Source: a candidate division FCPU426 bacterium (GTDB lineage Bacteria > Oederibacteriota > Muellerivitia > Muellerivitales > Muellerivitaceae). From it: a stretch of DNA of 64,000 bases. The number at the start of each line of letters is the position of its first letter. Position 1 is the stretch's first letter. Positions 54,715 to 64,000 of this stretch are shown here, piece after piece. The position numbers and the translations under genes are program-made. The stretch covers positions 32,001 through 96,000 of the forward strand of contig CAWKAR010000013.1 of the NCBI GenBank assembly GCA_963847625.1. Direction: 5' to 3'. The notes below the pieces were generated by a model. That model ran no database searches. It had not been told where the DNA came from and saw only the letters and a list, made by a program, of their open reading frames with translations.

Positions 54715-57700
54715 ACGGTTTTCGAGGATTTTGAATCTTGAATTTAAAATCAAGGATGAATGAAGCAATAAAATTAGAACTTAAATGAATGCAATCAACG
54801 TTGAGGCAACAGTCCACCTTCAATCCGCGTCACTGCCCTGAATTCAAATTGTTTCGAAGGAATTTAAGCCATCCAGATGTCGCCGCGACTGATCCGAAAC
54901 CAAAATATTTTCGGAATATTTTAGGGGGGAATGTTATAAACGCTGAGGTTCCGGAACGTGATATCACCTTGATCGGCCTGGAAGCCGAAGTTGCCCGTAG
55001 GATAGGCACTCAAGTTGGGATCCGTGACGGTCAACTGCCAGTCAGGTTCCCCCGCGCCGGTTTGCCATTCTTTCGCCATGATCTGGTCCCCATAAATGCG
55101 CACCCGGTAGGAATACCAGGTGTTGCGGGCGATACAGGGAATGGTGGCCTGGGTTGCGGTGAGGTTATTCCCGTCGGTCCAGGTGGTTTGGCTGCATGCC
55201 GCGCCATTGGGCGCCATCGTATCGTAGAAAAGCCTGCTGGTTCCGACGCAGGTGTCGCTGAGTTGCCATTGGTCGCCCCGGATCATGAAATACTGCTGAC
55301 AGTTAGCGTAACGGGCGATAAAAACGGTGTCGTCGTCGCCCGAATAAGCCGAGAGAGGAAGGCAGGCCTCGTAGTAGAATTCGACGTCCGGCCCGATCGT
55401 GACGTTGGAAATGATTTGCGGATACTGGCTTACCGCCGAGGAATTGTATGGGCCATAATTAAGCCCCATACACCCGCCATTCTCCGCGCGGATGTACCAG
55501 GCAGCCCCGGGCCAGCCATAAGTCGCGCCGCTGCTGGCCGTCCCAGCGTTGGTCCAACCCGTGGGCATGCTGGTCATCGGGTAGGAATACAGTAAAACAG
55601 GGGTAGGTGTCGGGGTGGCAGTAAAGCAAGGCCGGACCACTGAAATTGCGTTCGAAATTATATTGTTGCCACCATAGGCCACAGAAGCAGTGTTGATTAA
55701 CATTTGGCACTGATTGTTTTGCCAATTAGAATCCACAAAATTCGTGTACATGGTAACGCAATTGCTTCCTCCGCCAAATTCGCTCCAATAAATTTGATTG
55801 CCATTAACAAAGGGTTGACCCCCTCCATTGGTGTAACAGGAAGTCGGCTCAAAGCCCCAACAATTAAATGAAAATGTCGTTCCACTCTGGTTGTCTGTGA
55901 CTGTAACCCCTCCGGTTGACACAGGGCCGCCGTCGTTGCATGCCACGATTGAGAAAGTGGCGAACATATTGTTGGAGCTATCGGTCACCGGTGTGCCGTA
56001 TTGGGCGCAGGTGATAGAAAAGTTTGGCGGTCCAGCCAAAGTCGAGGGAGGAGGGATCGTGGTTGCCTGCCGGAAGAAAAGAGCTCCGAATGAGTTGGCT
56101 GGGTTATAAGCTCCGGAACTGTCCGAGGAAATGAACGGGACTTGACTGCCGCTAACAGGATTGAAGAGGGGTTGGCCCCAACAGCATAAACCGGAGGTGG
56201 TGTTAACCACTGTCGGGTTGCCCCAACCGCTGTCATCATAGTTGGTCGCGTACCAATTGCTCGCGGGGGGAGTAGTGGGGTTCCCGATACTGATGTAATC
56301 CATCTTAACGCCGCCGCTCCCGCTGGTGATTTCGGAATGCAGGCCATTGGAATAGGTGATATCCAAGTCCCAGGAACTGTAAACGTTGTTGGTGGCCGTG
56401 TTTTGGGTATAAATGGCGATATTAACTTGGCTCCCGGTTAATAGAGTTGGGTTTATGAAAATACAACCCGGTGGGCAGGTACCGCTGCCATCCCAGTTGC
56501 AATAAGTGATTTCGCCTAAGTAAACCCCACCTATGTAAACTTGTGACCAGTCGTCACTATTCATGCAAATCTGCGCGTGGGTTATCGTGGTGGATATGGG
56601 AGTCGGGGTAGAAGTGACTGTGGCAGTGGGCGATATCGTTCCTGTTGGGGTGTCCGTAACCGTGGGCGTGTTCACCGGTGGATTCGTTTGGATAACCAAG
56701 CGGTAATCAGAACTGTTTTCTGATTGGTTGGCCGCATAAACCACAACCGTGTACTGCTGCTGGGTTAAAGACACACCCAAGGCATCCAACGGGAAATATC
56801 CAAGAGAATTCGCAACCAGGTTGGTATTCGAATCGTAAAGGTCGTACCTCACCCGCGACCTATGCGATCCGTCATCGAAACAGTCCAGCGAGATCGACGC
56901 GGGGCCGGCCGTGGCAGGCGTGAAAGTCCAGGAATTGGTGTATTGCAAATAATAATCAACATGGCCCACGCCCACCAAATCGGAGTAGTAATTGCCGAGG
57001 GTTCCCAAGTCGGTGGTTCCCAACGGGCTCGCGAGCGTCACCGGGGTGGAAACAGGCGTCAGTACGCAGTTTGGCGTGAAAGTACTCAGGCAAAGGGTAA
57101 AAGGCCCGCGATCGGGCCAACTTTCACCAATATAACTCCCATCCACGATTAAGTAATAAGTTCCAGGTTGTAAAACACCAGTCACCAACCCGGATCCGTA
57201 GGGTTGTCCGCAATAATCGCATTCGGTATCGTAAGCCAAGGTAGTGGAAGGATTTTCCGGATCGGTCCTGACATAGATACAGGAGTAGTTGGTTGTCCCG
57301 CAAAGGTTGATAAAGAGGCTCTTGGCGGTGTCAAGCGTGAACTTGTAGACGATGTCCGGTGATCCCGATCCGTTATACAGGTTCCAATAAGAACTGTCGT
57401 ACTGGGAATGATTGTCCGGCATGCCGGTGGTATCGCCATTAATGCAAGCCCCGTCGATGTTGGCCGTGATGTCCATGATCCCAGGAGTCGGAGTGGGCGT
57501 TGCCGTTGGGCTAGGAGTGGATGTATTAATTGGCGTGAGGGTGGATGTGCTCGTGGGAGTAGCGGTATAGGTCGGTGTAAGAGTGGGCGTGTTGCAAATG
57601 ACCGTGATGGAAATGTTGTTGCTGGTAACCGGCCCCCCTCCCGGCCAACTGGCTATTCCCCTGTCGGTGACAACCTGGCAATAATCGCTGGAAATCGCGC

Positions 57701-58058
57701 TATAAGAACCCACGTTGAAATCGATCGGGACACAATCACCGCCCGGAAGGCTGAGAACCTGCCAACTGAGGTTCGGGTATGTCGTACCTACCGGATTGAT
57801 CGTAACCGGATCACTTCCCACCATCACGGTCCATTGGCTGTAATGAAGTCCTTGGAAGGACCATAATAGTGGATTGGTGATATCGTCGGTCACCGTGACT
57901 CCAGTAACCGTCCCCGCTCCCGCCGCATTGCAAACCATGATGGTCATGGCAATGGCGCTGGCGTCGGAGTAATTAGAGGTGGGGCCGCCGGTGGTCTTGG
58001 TCAAGCTGATATTTGGCGACCCCGGCGTAAGTGTATTTGTCACTATCGGTGTAAGAGT

Positions 58059-58394
58059 GGGCGTAGTACTTGGCGTGACCGTGGATGTATTTGTGGGCGA
58101 TGCCGTCCCGGTAAGTGTGTTCGTCGGGGTGGTGGTCGAGGTAAAAGAAAGGGTAGAGGTGGAAGTTGATGTCGAAGTGAATGTCCTGGTAAAAGTGGGA
58201 GTGGACGTATTGGTCGGCGTTGAAGCGGGCGTAGTACTTGGCGTGACCGTGGATGTATTTGTGGGCGATGCCGTCCCGGTAAGTGTGTTCGTCGGGGTGG
58301 TGGTCGAGGTAAAAGAAAGGGTGGAGGTGGAAGTTGATGTCGAAGTGAATGTCCTGGTAAAAGTGGGAGTGGACGTATTGGTCGGCGTTGAAGT
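58059..58394 (-). repeat. Near-perfect 168-bp (56-aa) tandem duplication in the Thr/Pro linker
   Basis: GCGTAGTACTTGGCGTGACC occurs at 58061 and 58229; copies are identical except GTAGAG/GTGGAG. Confidence 0.9.
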
Positions 58395-59732
58395 GGGCGT
58401 AACAGTTGGCGTGAAAGTGCGTGTGTTAGTGGGCGATGCCGTCCCAGTCAGAGTGTTCGTCGGTGTGCGGGTCGGTGTAGAAGTTGGAGTTAAGGTGTAG
58501 GTGGGAGTGGATGTCGAAGTGAATGTCCTGGTAAAAGTGATGGTAGGTGTGTTCGTGGGCGATACCGTCCCGGTCAATGTATTCGTCGGGGTGAGTGTCG
58601 GAGTGGCCGTAGGCGTAGATGTGGAAGTGTTGGTTGGTATCGGGCTGTTCGTAGAGGTGGGTTGGACGGTAAGGGTTGCCGTTGGGCTACTGGTCGGGGT
58701 CAAGGTCTGTGTAGGGGTTGGAACCGGGCTGTTCGTAAAGGTGGGTTGGATGGTAAGGGTCGGCGTTGGGCTGTCGGTCGGCGTCGGGATGAACGTAGCG
58801 GTCATGGTAGGGCTCAAAATCGGGGGAAAGGTAGGAGTGGGGACTGGGGTCAAGCACATGCCGGCCAAATCCGCTGCGGTGGGGTCATAGGCGCAATAAG
58901 GGAGGGTCTTGTTGGCCCGGAACCGGAACAGGGGTCCTTTGGAAAGGGTCCCAAAGGGCTGGTTGGGGTTGACGATTTGGACCCAGGCATAGCCGCCGGC
59001 CGCGCCCAGCCCCAGGCTGACGCAGTAAACATCACCGGCTTGTAAAAAGGCGGGTGACGCGAATGCCGCCGTTTGCTTAGCGGTTGCAGAGGAGGAAACG
59101 AAGGCCGTGGGTACAGGCGCCGAAGCGAAATTCACCAGGTCCCCGTTGCCCAGAAAAGCGACCCCGTTGTTGCCCAGCGCCGTGATTTGAAAACCCCCGG
59201 CCATGCTCGTAACGGCAATGTCATCAGAGCCTGAACCCGAACTGGATAAGACATCGTTTTGGAAGGAGAAATATGCGTTCCCGCCAAAAGACGAGGTATC
59301 CACCGTATAGCAGTTCCTCACCACCGAACCCATGGTCACCCAAACATTGCTCACGCTTCCCGCGGCTATGTCCATCTGGACGGCGCCCAAGGCCAAAGGC
59401 TGGTGATTGACCGCGTCGTTCAACTGGAAAGCCATCAGGCGGGACGGGCCCTGGGGAACGGTGATGGCAACATCCACCTCGCCGGATTGTGAACTGGTGT
59501 TGAAAGGCCCGGCGACACCGGTAACCGCGGCCATTTTCGGCCCGGTCACCTTGTACAGGATTTCGTTGAGGGTGACCCCCAACAGGCTGGCCTTGACCTC
59601 CTTGGTGATAGGGATGGAAAGGGATAAAGCCATGCCTTTGGCGGGCGCCACCGGCGAGGTGGGCGAAGATTTCCCCCGGCATCCGCCATTGGCGAAAATC
59701 CCTAAAACCAAGCCGATGGTTGATATAAGGAT

Positions 59733-60787
59733 CCCGAGTTCCATAAGTAAGTGCAACACTTAGTGTCTGAAGAAGGCCGCATGAATAGGATATGCGGCTA
59801 TGAAAAAGAAATACAAGCATTTAAGCGTTGAAGAAAGAGATCATTTATCCGTCTTGAAAGGAAAGGGTCTTAGCCTTCGAGCAATTTCACGCGCCTTGAA
59901 GAGGTCTCCTTCCACCCTCTCCAGGGAACTCAAGCGCAATGCTCCCCCTATCCGTTCTGGTTATTATCTTTCTCATCGAGCCCATCAACGGTATGTTGAC
60001 CGCAACCAACAACGAGCACGCCGTTTACGCCTGAAAACAAAACGAATTCGTGCCTACGTCCGTCGTCAATTGAAACGAGGCTGGTCTCCAGAACTCATTT
60101 CAGGTCGATTAGGTCACCTACGGCCTAAGCAAACCATTGGTCCTGAAGCTATCTATCAGTGGGTTTATGCTGAAGCCACTGAGCTGATTCCTTGCCTAGT
60201 TCGACACCACCGGCGACGATTCTCATTTGGCCATAGCCGTAAGCACGCCAAAAACCATATCCCAGGCCGTGTTTCCATCGATAAGCGCTCCGAGATCGCC
60301 AATCAACGCAAGCAATTCGGCCATTGGGAAACCGACACCATGGTCTCTCGTCAGAGTAAAGTGGCTATGCGGGCTCTCGTCGAGCGTCAAAGCCGTTTTT
60401 CCAAGTTGGGAAAGCTCAAACGAAAGACCGCTCGCCAAATGAGTCATAGCCTCAACCGCGCTTTATGCCGCTTCCCTCAAGACGCCCGCCTGAGTCTGAC
60501 CTATGACAACGGAACCGAAAACACCAACCACTTGGAAACCAACCACGTGCTTGGTACAAAATCCTTTTTCTGCGCCCCTTTCCACAGTTGGGAAAAAGGT
60601 ACGGTGGAAAATACTATCGGTCTTGTCCGCCGCCATTTGCCTAAAAAGACTGATCTTGCTAAAGTGTCCTTCAAAGAATTCAGGACCATAGAAAGATGGC
60701 TCAATAACAGGCCCAGGAAATGTTTGGGCTTTAAAACTCCGGCGGAAGTCTTCCGGCGAAGTGTTGCACTTACTCCGTGAATTCGGC
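59733..60787 (+). mobile_element. IS30-family insertion sequence, copy 2 (1055 bp)
   Basis: Same IRs as copy 1; 3-bp direct repeat GAT at 59730-59732 and 60788-60790. Confidence 0.95.
59800..60780 (+). CDS. IS30-family DDE transposase
   Basis: Two amino-acid differences from copy 1 (KKFRA vs KEFRT). Confidence 0.97.
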   Translation: MKKKYKHLSVEERDHLSVLKGKGLSLRAISRALKRSPSTLSRELKRNAPPIRSGYYLSHRAHQRYVDRNQQRARRLRLKTKRIRAYVRRQLKRGWSPELISGRLGHLRPKQTIGPEAIYQWVYAEATELIPCLVRHHRRRFSFGHSRKHAKNHIPGRVSIDKRSEIANQRKQFGHWETDTMVSRQSKVAMRALVERQSRFSKLGKLKRKTARQMSHSLNRALCRFPQDARLSLTYDNGTENTNHLETNHVLGTKSFFCAPFHSWEKGTVENTIGLVRRHLPKKTDLAKVSFKEFRTIERWLNNRPRKCLGFKTPAEVFRRSVALTP

Positions 60788-60854
60788 GATGAAAATTTTT
60801 ACTTTCAAATTGATCTTCCCTTGGCCCCTTGTTTCCGGCAACTCGAAAGGGCTG

Positions 60855-62048
60855 TTAAAGTTTCAATTCGTAATCCGTCCCGAAGGTGAAACGGTTGTAA
60901 ATGATGTCCGTGCGGCTTCCCGCGGCATCAAATCCCGCCTCAAAAGCGGTGATGTTGTCGAAGGACGCTTTAAATTTGAGCGCGGATGTATGGCTCAACC
61001 GCACCCGGAAGGACGGTTCCAACCCCAATAAAACCCCGCCCCCGTCATAAAAAAGGTCCGTATTCGGATAGCCATTGGGAAGCACATATTTGGCCCTGGC
61101 CGCAAGGGTTAGATTTCCGAATGAGTAACTGGGCGTCAGGTAGAAGCGCGGACCCAGGGAGGAATGGGACTCGGCCATCAATTGCCCGTTCACCAGGGTC
61201 TGGGACGTGAAGAAATACTGGCCGCCCGCTTCGAACGAAAAGGCCGAGGGGTTCTGCCAGCCATAGGAAGCGTTGATATTGGGGCCCATCTGCAGAAGGT
61301 TGGTGCCGTTCGCTTGGGTGGGAAGGAAGTAAAAAGCCGACAATCGGATGACATCACTTTGGCCGGTTCCATGGGCGGTAACCCGGTTGAGGGACAAAAA
61401 TACGGAATCCCCCAGTTTCAATTGCTCCGCCGGAACCCCCAGGCCGTAATTCGGGTTGAAGGCGCCGGAATACATGTAGCCGACCGCGGCCCCGTACTGG
61501 GCCTGCCCAGCCGGCAGGGCGATTCCGTACAGCGTGCTCATCCCGAAACCTCTTCCCCGGTAGCGGCTGTCTATAAAATCGTAAGGAAGGTTGGATGCCG
61601 AAGCCTTTGTCTCCCAGGTGGGATCACCGGTGGGCAGATTGAAGCCGATGTTCAAGGCCGAAGGCAGGGAAAAGGCGTTGAACCCCATCTGCAGTCCCGC
61701 TACCGTGTCGGTAAAACCGGTCAGGCTCTGGGTTTGCGTGTTCTTGAGCGAATCGGTATATCGCCCGTTCCCGAATTCGGTCTGGGCGTATAGTTGAACG
61801 CCCTTCCAAGGGAACAGGCTCAAGGTGAAAGGGGTCCAAATTTCCCGGCCGTTGAAGGGCTGGACATAGTTGGAATCCCAGGATTCGTACTCGCCGCCCA
61901 CGTTAAGCCGGCAAAAGTAACTTGCGTTTGGTTTCTGAGGCGCTTCGTCCGATAAAACTTTTTCCGGCAAAACCAACAGGGCCGCCAGGGCAAAAACCCA
62001 GCAAGTCATCCGCCGTTTGATTTGGGTTTGGCTCCAAATGCGGTTCAA
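60855..62048 (-). CDS. Predicted outer-membrane beta-barrel protein (module 2)
   Basis: Signal peptide; shares FNLPTGD, RY.GRGFG, VGYMYSGAFNPN, QLKLGDS and GPRFYLTPSY with 44741..45946; ends TDYELKL. Confidence 0.65.
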   Translation of the reverse strand: MNRIWSQTQIKRRMTCWVFALAALLVLPEKVLSDEAPQKPNASYFCRLNVGGEYESWDSNYVQPFNGREIWTPFTLSLFPWKGVQLYAQTEFGNGRYTDSLKNTQTQSLTGFTDTVAGLQMGFNAFSLPSALNIGFNLPTGDPTWETKASASNLPYDFIDSRYRGRGFGMSTLYGIALPAGQAQYGAAVGYMYSGAFNPNYGLGVPAEQLKLGDSVFLSLNRVTAHGTGQSDVIRLSAFYFLPTQANGTNLLQMGPNINASYGWQNPSAFSFEAGGQYFFTSQTLVNGQLMAESHSSLGPRFYLTPSYSFGNLTLAARAKYVLPNGYPNTDLFYDGGGVLLGLEPSFRVRLSHTSALKFKASFDNITAFEAGFDAAGSRTDIIYNRFTFGTDYELKL

Positions 62049-63193
62049 GGCACCGTCTCCTTGGGGGGAACGACCAAGTGGATGTTCAATGTTTGCTGCG
62101 CGGAATTGAGGCAGTTGTCGTTATTAACCAGGATTCCACTGGTGAACTGGTTGTTCAAATCAGTCAAAGCCTCATTGGTTTCCAAGTTTGGAGCCGTAAT
62201 GACCTGCTCTTGCGGATTCAAGGGGGAAACTGGCGGCTGGATGACAGGTTCCACCGCCGGAACCGCATTGCCTTGGCCCGGGGGGGCTGTAGCGTTGCCG
62301 CTTCCGGGAGCGGCAACTACGGAAGTTGCGCCGCCGGCTAAATTTTCGATTGTAGCCCCGCCTGATTGGATTTGTCCCGTGGCGTTGGGGCCTCCTCCAA
62401 CGGCACCAACCACGGAGGTTACGCCTTCCGTGTTTCCGGTTGCAGGTCCGCCGGATTGGGTTTGACCGTTGCCGTTATTATTCCCTCCAACTGCGCCAAC
62501 CACGGAGGTTGCACCGCCTCCCGTGTTTCCGGTCGTAGGCCCGCCGGATTGATTCTGGCCGGTTCCGTTGTTGTTTCCACCTGTTTCGCCTTTAGGATTT
62601 TTATGTAAACTGCCCGGGCCTTCCCCTTCGCGGATCATCCGGCCGTTCTGGAAAATGCATTCATGGCCCGCCGGGCACAACTGGGTGACTCCCCCGGAAC
62701 TCGCGGCAACGACGCCATCCAATACATTCAACCTCATCCAACCGGTCTTTTGGTCGCACTCCATCGTGAATTCGGTTCCCCTGACCCCGCAAACCACGCC
62801 ACCCGCCTCGATTTCGAAGCTGGAATGGGCGGAAAAAAGCTGGCGCACTTTCACCAGGGCTTTTCCAAAACCCAACCGCATAAAAATATTTTTTTCCTCT
62901 TTAAAGGCGTGCAAGGTGGCGAGGGTAAGCCGGCTGTTAGCCATCAATTCCAGGGTGGATTCGTCGAATAACTGCAATGTCGCCTTGGAGGCCCGCCGCA
63001 CGATGATGGTTTCGCCCTGGTAAGCTTTGGCGCCTGTATGGGCCCTTCGAACCGAGCCCATCCCGTTTTGAACGGTTACCGTTCCCTTTACGGATAGGAA
63101 AACAGCTTCCCGTTCGGGTGGGTCGGCGGCTGAAACTGCGTTGAACATGCCGGAGCACAGAAAAAGAAAAGAAATAAGAAAGGGTTTATTCAT
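62045..63193 (-). CDS. Exported FecR-domain protein (module 2) with Gly/Asn/Thr repeats
   Basis: Start MNKPFLISF at 63193; FEIEAGGVVCGVRGTEF; three ~31-aa repeats. Confidence 0.85.
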   Translation of the reverse strand: MNKPFLISFLFLCSGMFNAVSAADPPEREAVFLSVKGTVTVQNGMGSVRRAHTGAKAYQGETIIVRRASKATLQLFDESTLELMANSRLTLATLHAFKEEKNIFMRLGFGKALVKVRQLFSAHSSFEIEAGGVVCGVRGTEFTMECDQKTGWMRLNVLDGVVAASSGGVTQLCPAGHECIFQNGRMIREGEGPGSLHKNPKGETGGNNNGTGQNQSGGPTTGNTGGGATSVVGAVGGNNNGNGQTQSGGPATGNTEGVTSVVGAVGGGPNATGQIQSGGATIENLAGGATSVVAAPGSGNATAPPGQGNAVPAVEPVIQPPVSPLNPQEQVITAPNLETNEALTDLNNQFTSGILVNNDNCLNSAQQTLNIHLVVPPKETVP

Positions 63194-63401
63194 TACTTGC
63201 CGCTCATGAAATATTTTTTGCCCCATAGCTGTTGGGAAAATCGGCAAAGGGGCAATCGATTAATAATAAGTTTAACTCAAAAAAAATAGATTTGTCGAAT
63301 AAATTGTCTACTCGTAGTAGGGGGTTTTTACTTGGTTTATCTCATGAAAACTGTATTGCAGTACAAGGGAGAGGAATTCGACCTGAATTAAAAATTGCTT
63401 T

Positions 63402-64000
63402 TCAGGAAGACGCGCTCCGGTAACGCTTCAATCCTTTTTTCCAGATCCAGGTCGTAAAGGCGAAGAAAGCCAGCCCCAAGGCGAACCCGTAGACGATCCA
63501 CCCGCCTTTGAGCTTGTTGATCAAAACTCCCGCGGGGAAGTTGGATACGATGAGCATGGGGACCAGAGTCAAAAGCAGACGCCGTAGGAGCCAGGGGTAG
63601 ATCTCCCCGGGATATCGGGAAAACTGGCCGAACTGCCAGTAAAGCTCCAGCAGGTTGCTGGAGCGCCCGATCCAGAAGGTCCAGACCGACAGGGTGAACA
63701 GCATGGTGTAATAAATGAGGATGCTGTTGACCACCAGGGCCCCGAAAAGCAGCACTTCCCCAAATCCTACCACGGTGCCGCCCTGCGCCAAGGCAAAGGC
63801 GATCATGGCGAAACCCACCAGGCTCGTGCTGATGGAGGCGTAGTCCGTGTAACGAAGCGAGACGAGGAACTGGGTGTTAATAGGCTTGATGAGGTTGAAA
63901 TCCAGGTCCCCCTGGCGGATTTGGTCGGTCAAGCGCATGCAGTTGTCGTAAAAGAAGGCCTCGAAAAGCTGGGTAATAACGTTGTTGGTTCCCAGGAGCA
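63402..64000 (-). CDS. ABC-2 type permease (DUF990-like); 5' end lies outside the window
   Basis: IRQGDLDFNLIKPINTQF, RYPGEIYP, WKKGLKRYRSASS. Confidence 0.85.
   Translation of the reverse strand, partial: LLGTNNVITQLFEAFFYDNCMRLTDQIRQGDLDFNLIKPINTQFLVSLRYTDYASISTSLVGFAMIAFALAQGGTVVGFGEVLLFGALVVNSILIYYTMLFTLSVWTFWIGRSSNLLELYWQFGQFSRYPGEIYPWLLRRLLLTLVPMLIVSNFPAGVLINKLKGGWIVYGFALGLAFFAFTTWIWKKGLKRYRSASS

Larger units (their letters stand above)
54921..60808 (-). pseudogene. Giant modular lipoprotein 2, interrupted by IS30 after codon 7; body ORF 54921..59732 is intact
   Basis: Removing the IS and one GAT copy restores TTG-start [25 protein letters not shown]-domain paralogous to lipoprotein 1; long TP linker; Ig/PPC/lectin-like domains. 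Confidence 0.85.

Noticed and set aside
52475..55595. Long plus-strand ORFs (257, 236, 268 aa)
   Set aside because: Antisense to well-supported GC-rich genes, with no recognisable motifs.
57979..58890. Val/Gly-rich plus-strand ORFs
   Set aside because: Antisense shadows of the Thr/Pro linker codons.

Overview
64-kb bacterial chromosomal window, mostly minus-strand genes. The 16S 5' region and the many Thr/Pro-linker and NHL proteins suggest an uncultured diderm lineage, possibly candidate phylum FCPU426; this is from recall and needs checking. From left to right the window holds: (1) an envelope-glycosylation region (GT2 enzymes, two NHL proteins, a DUF2298 protein split by a 1-nt frameshift, a 2097-aa double GT-C/DUF2298 fusion, DUF2723); (2) an IS30-family element, with a second copy at 59.7 kb, both having 3-bp target duplications; (3) a complete rrn operon (16S-Ile-Ala-23S-5S); (4) a B12 radical SAM gene, orphan oppDF, a degenerate metallophosphoesterase, DUF4921, another GT-C and tRNA-Leu; (5) a likely ceramide synthesis trio (cerR-like, spt, bcerS-like); (6) a Bor-TPR lipoprotein, glgX, adk, NAD kinase, marC, an NHL lipoprotein and a cyclophilin; (7) the most striking part, 44.7-63.2 kb, where two paralogous three-gene modules (FecR-domain protein, predicted outer-membrane beta-barrel, giant modular lipoprotein with a shared N-terminal domain) flank one CHASE2 adenylate cyclase with no ECF sigma factor. 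This is a candidate trans-envelope surface-sensing/cAMP system. One giant lipoprotein gene has IS30 inserted in its signal-peptide codons; the other carries two 1-nt frameshifts that are probably sequencing errors. All protein family calls are by motif recognition, not database search.
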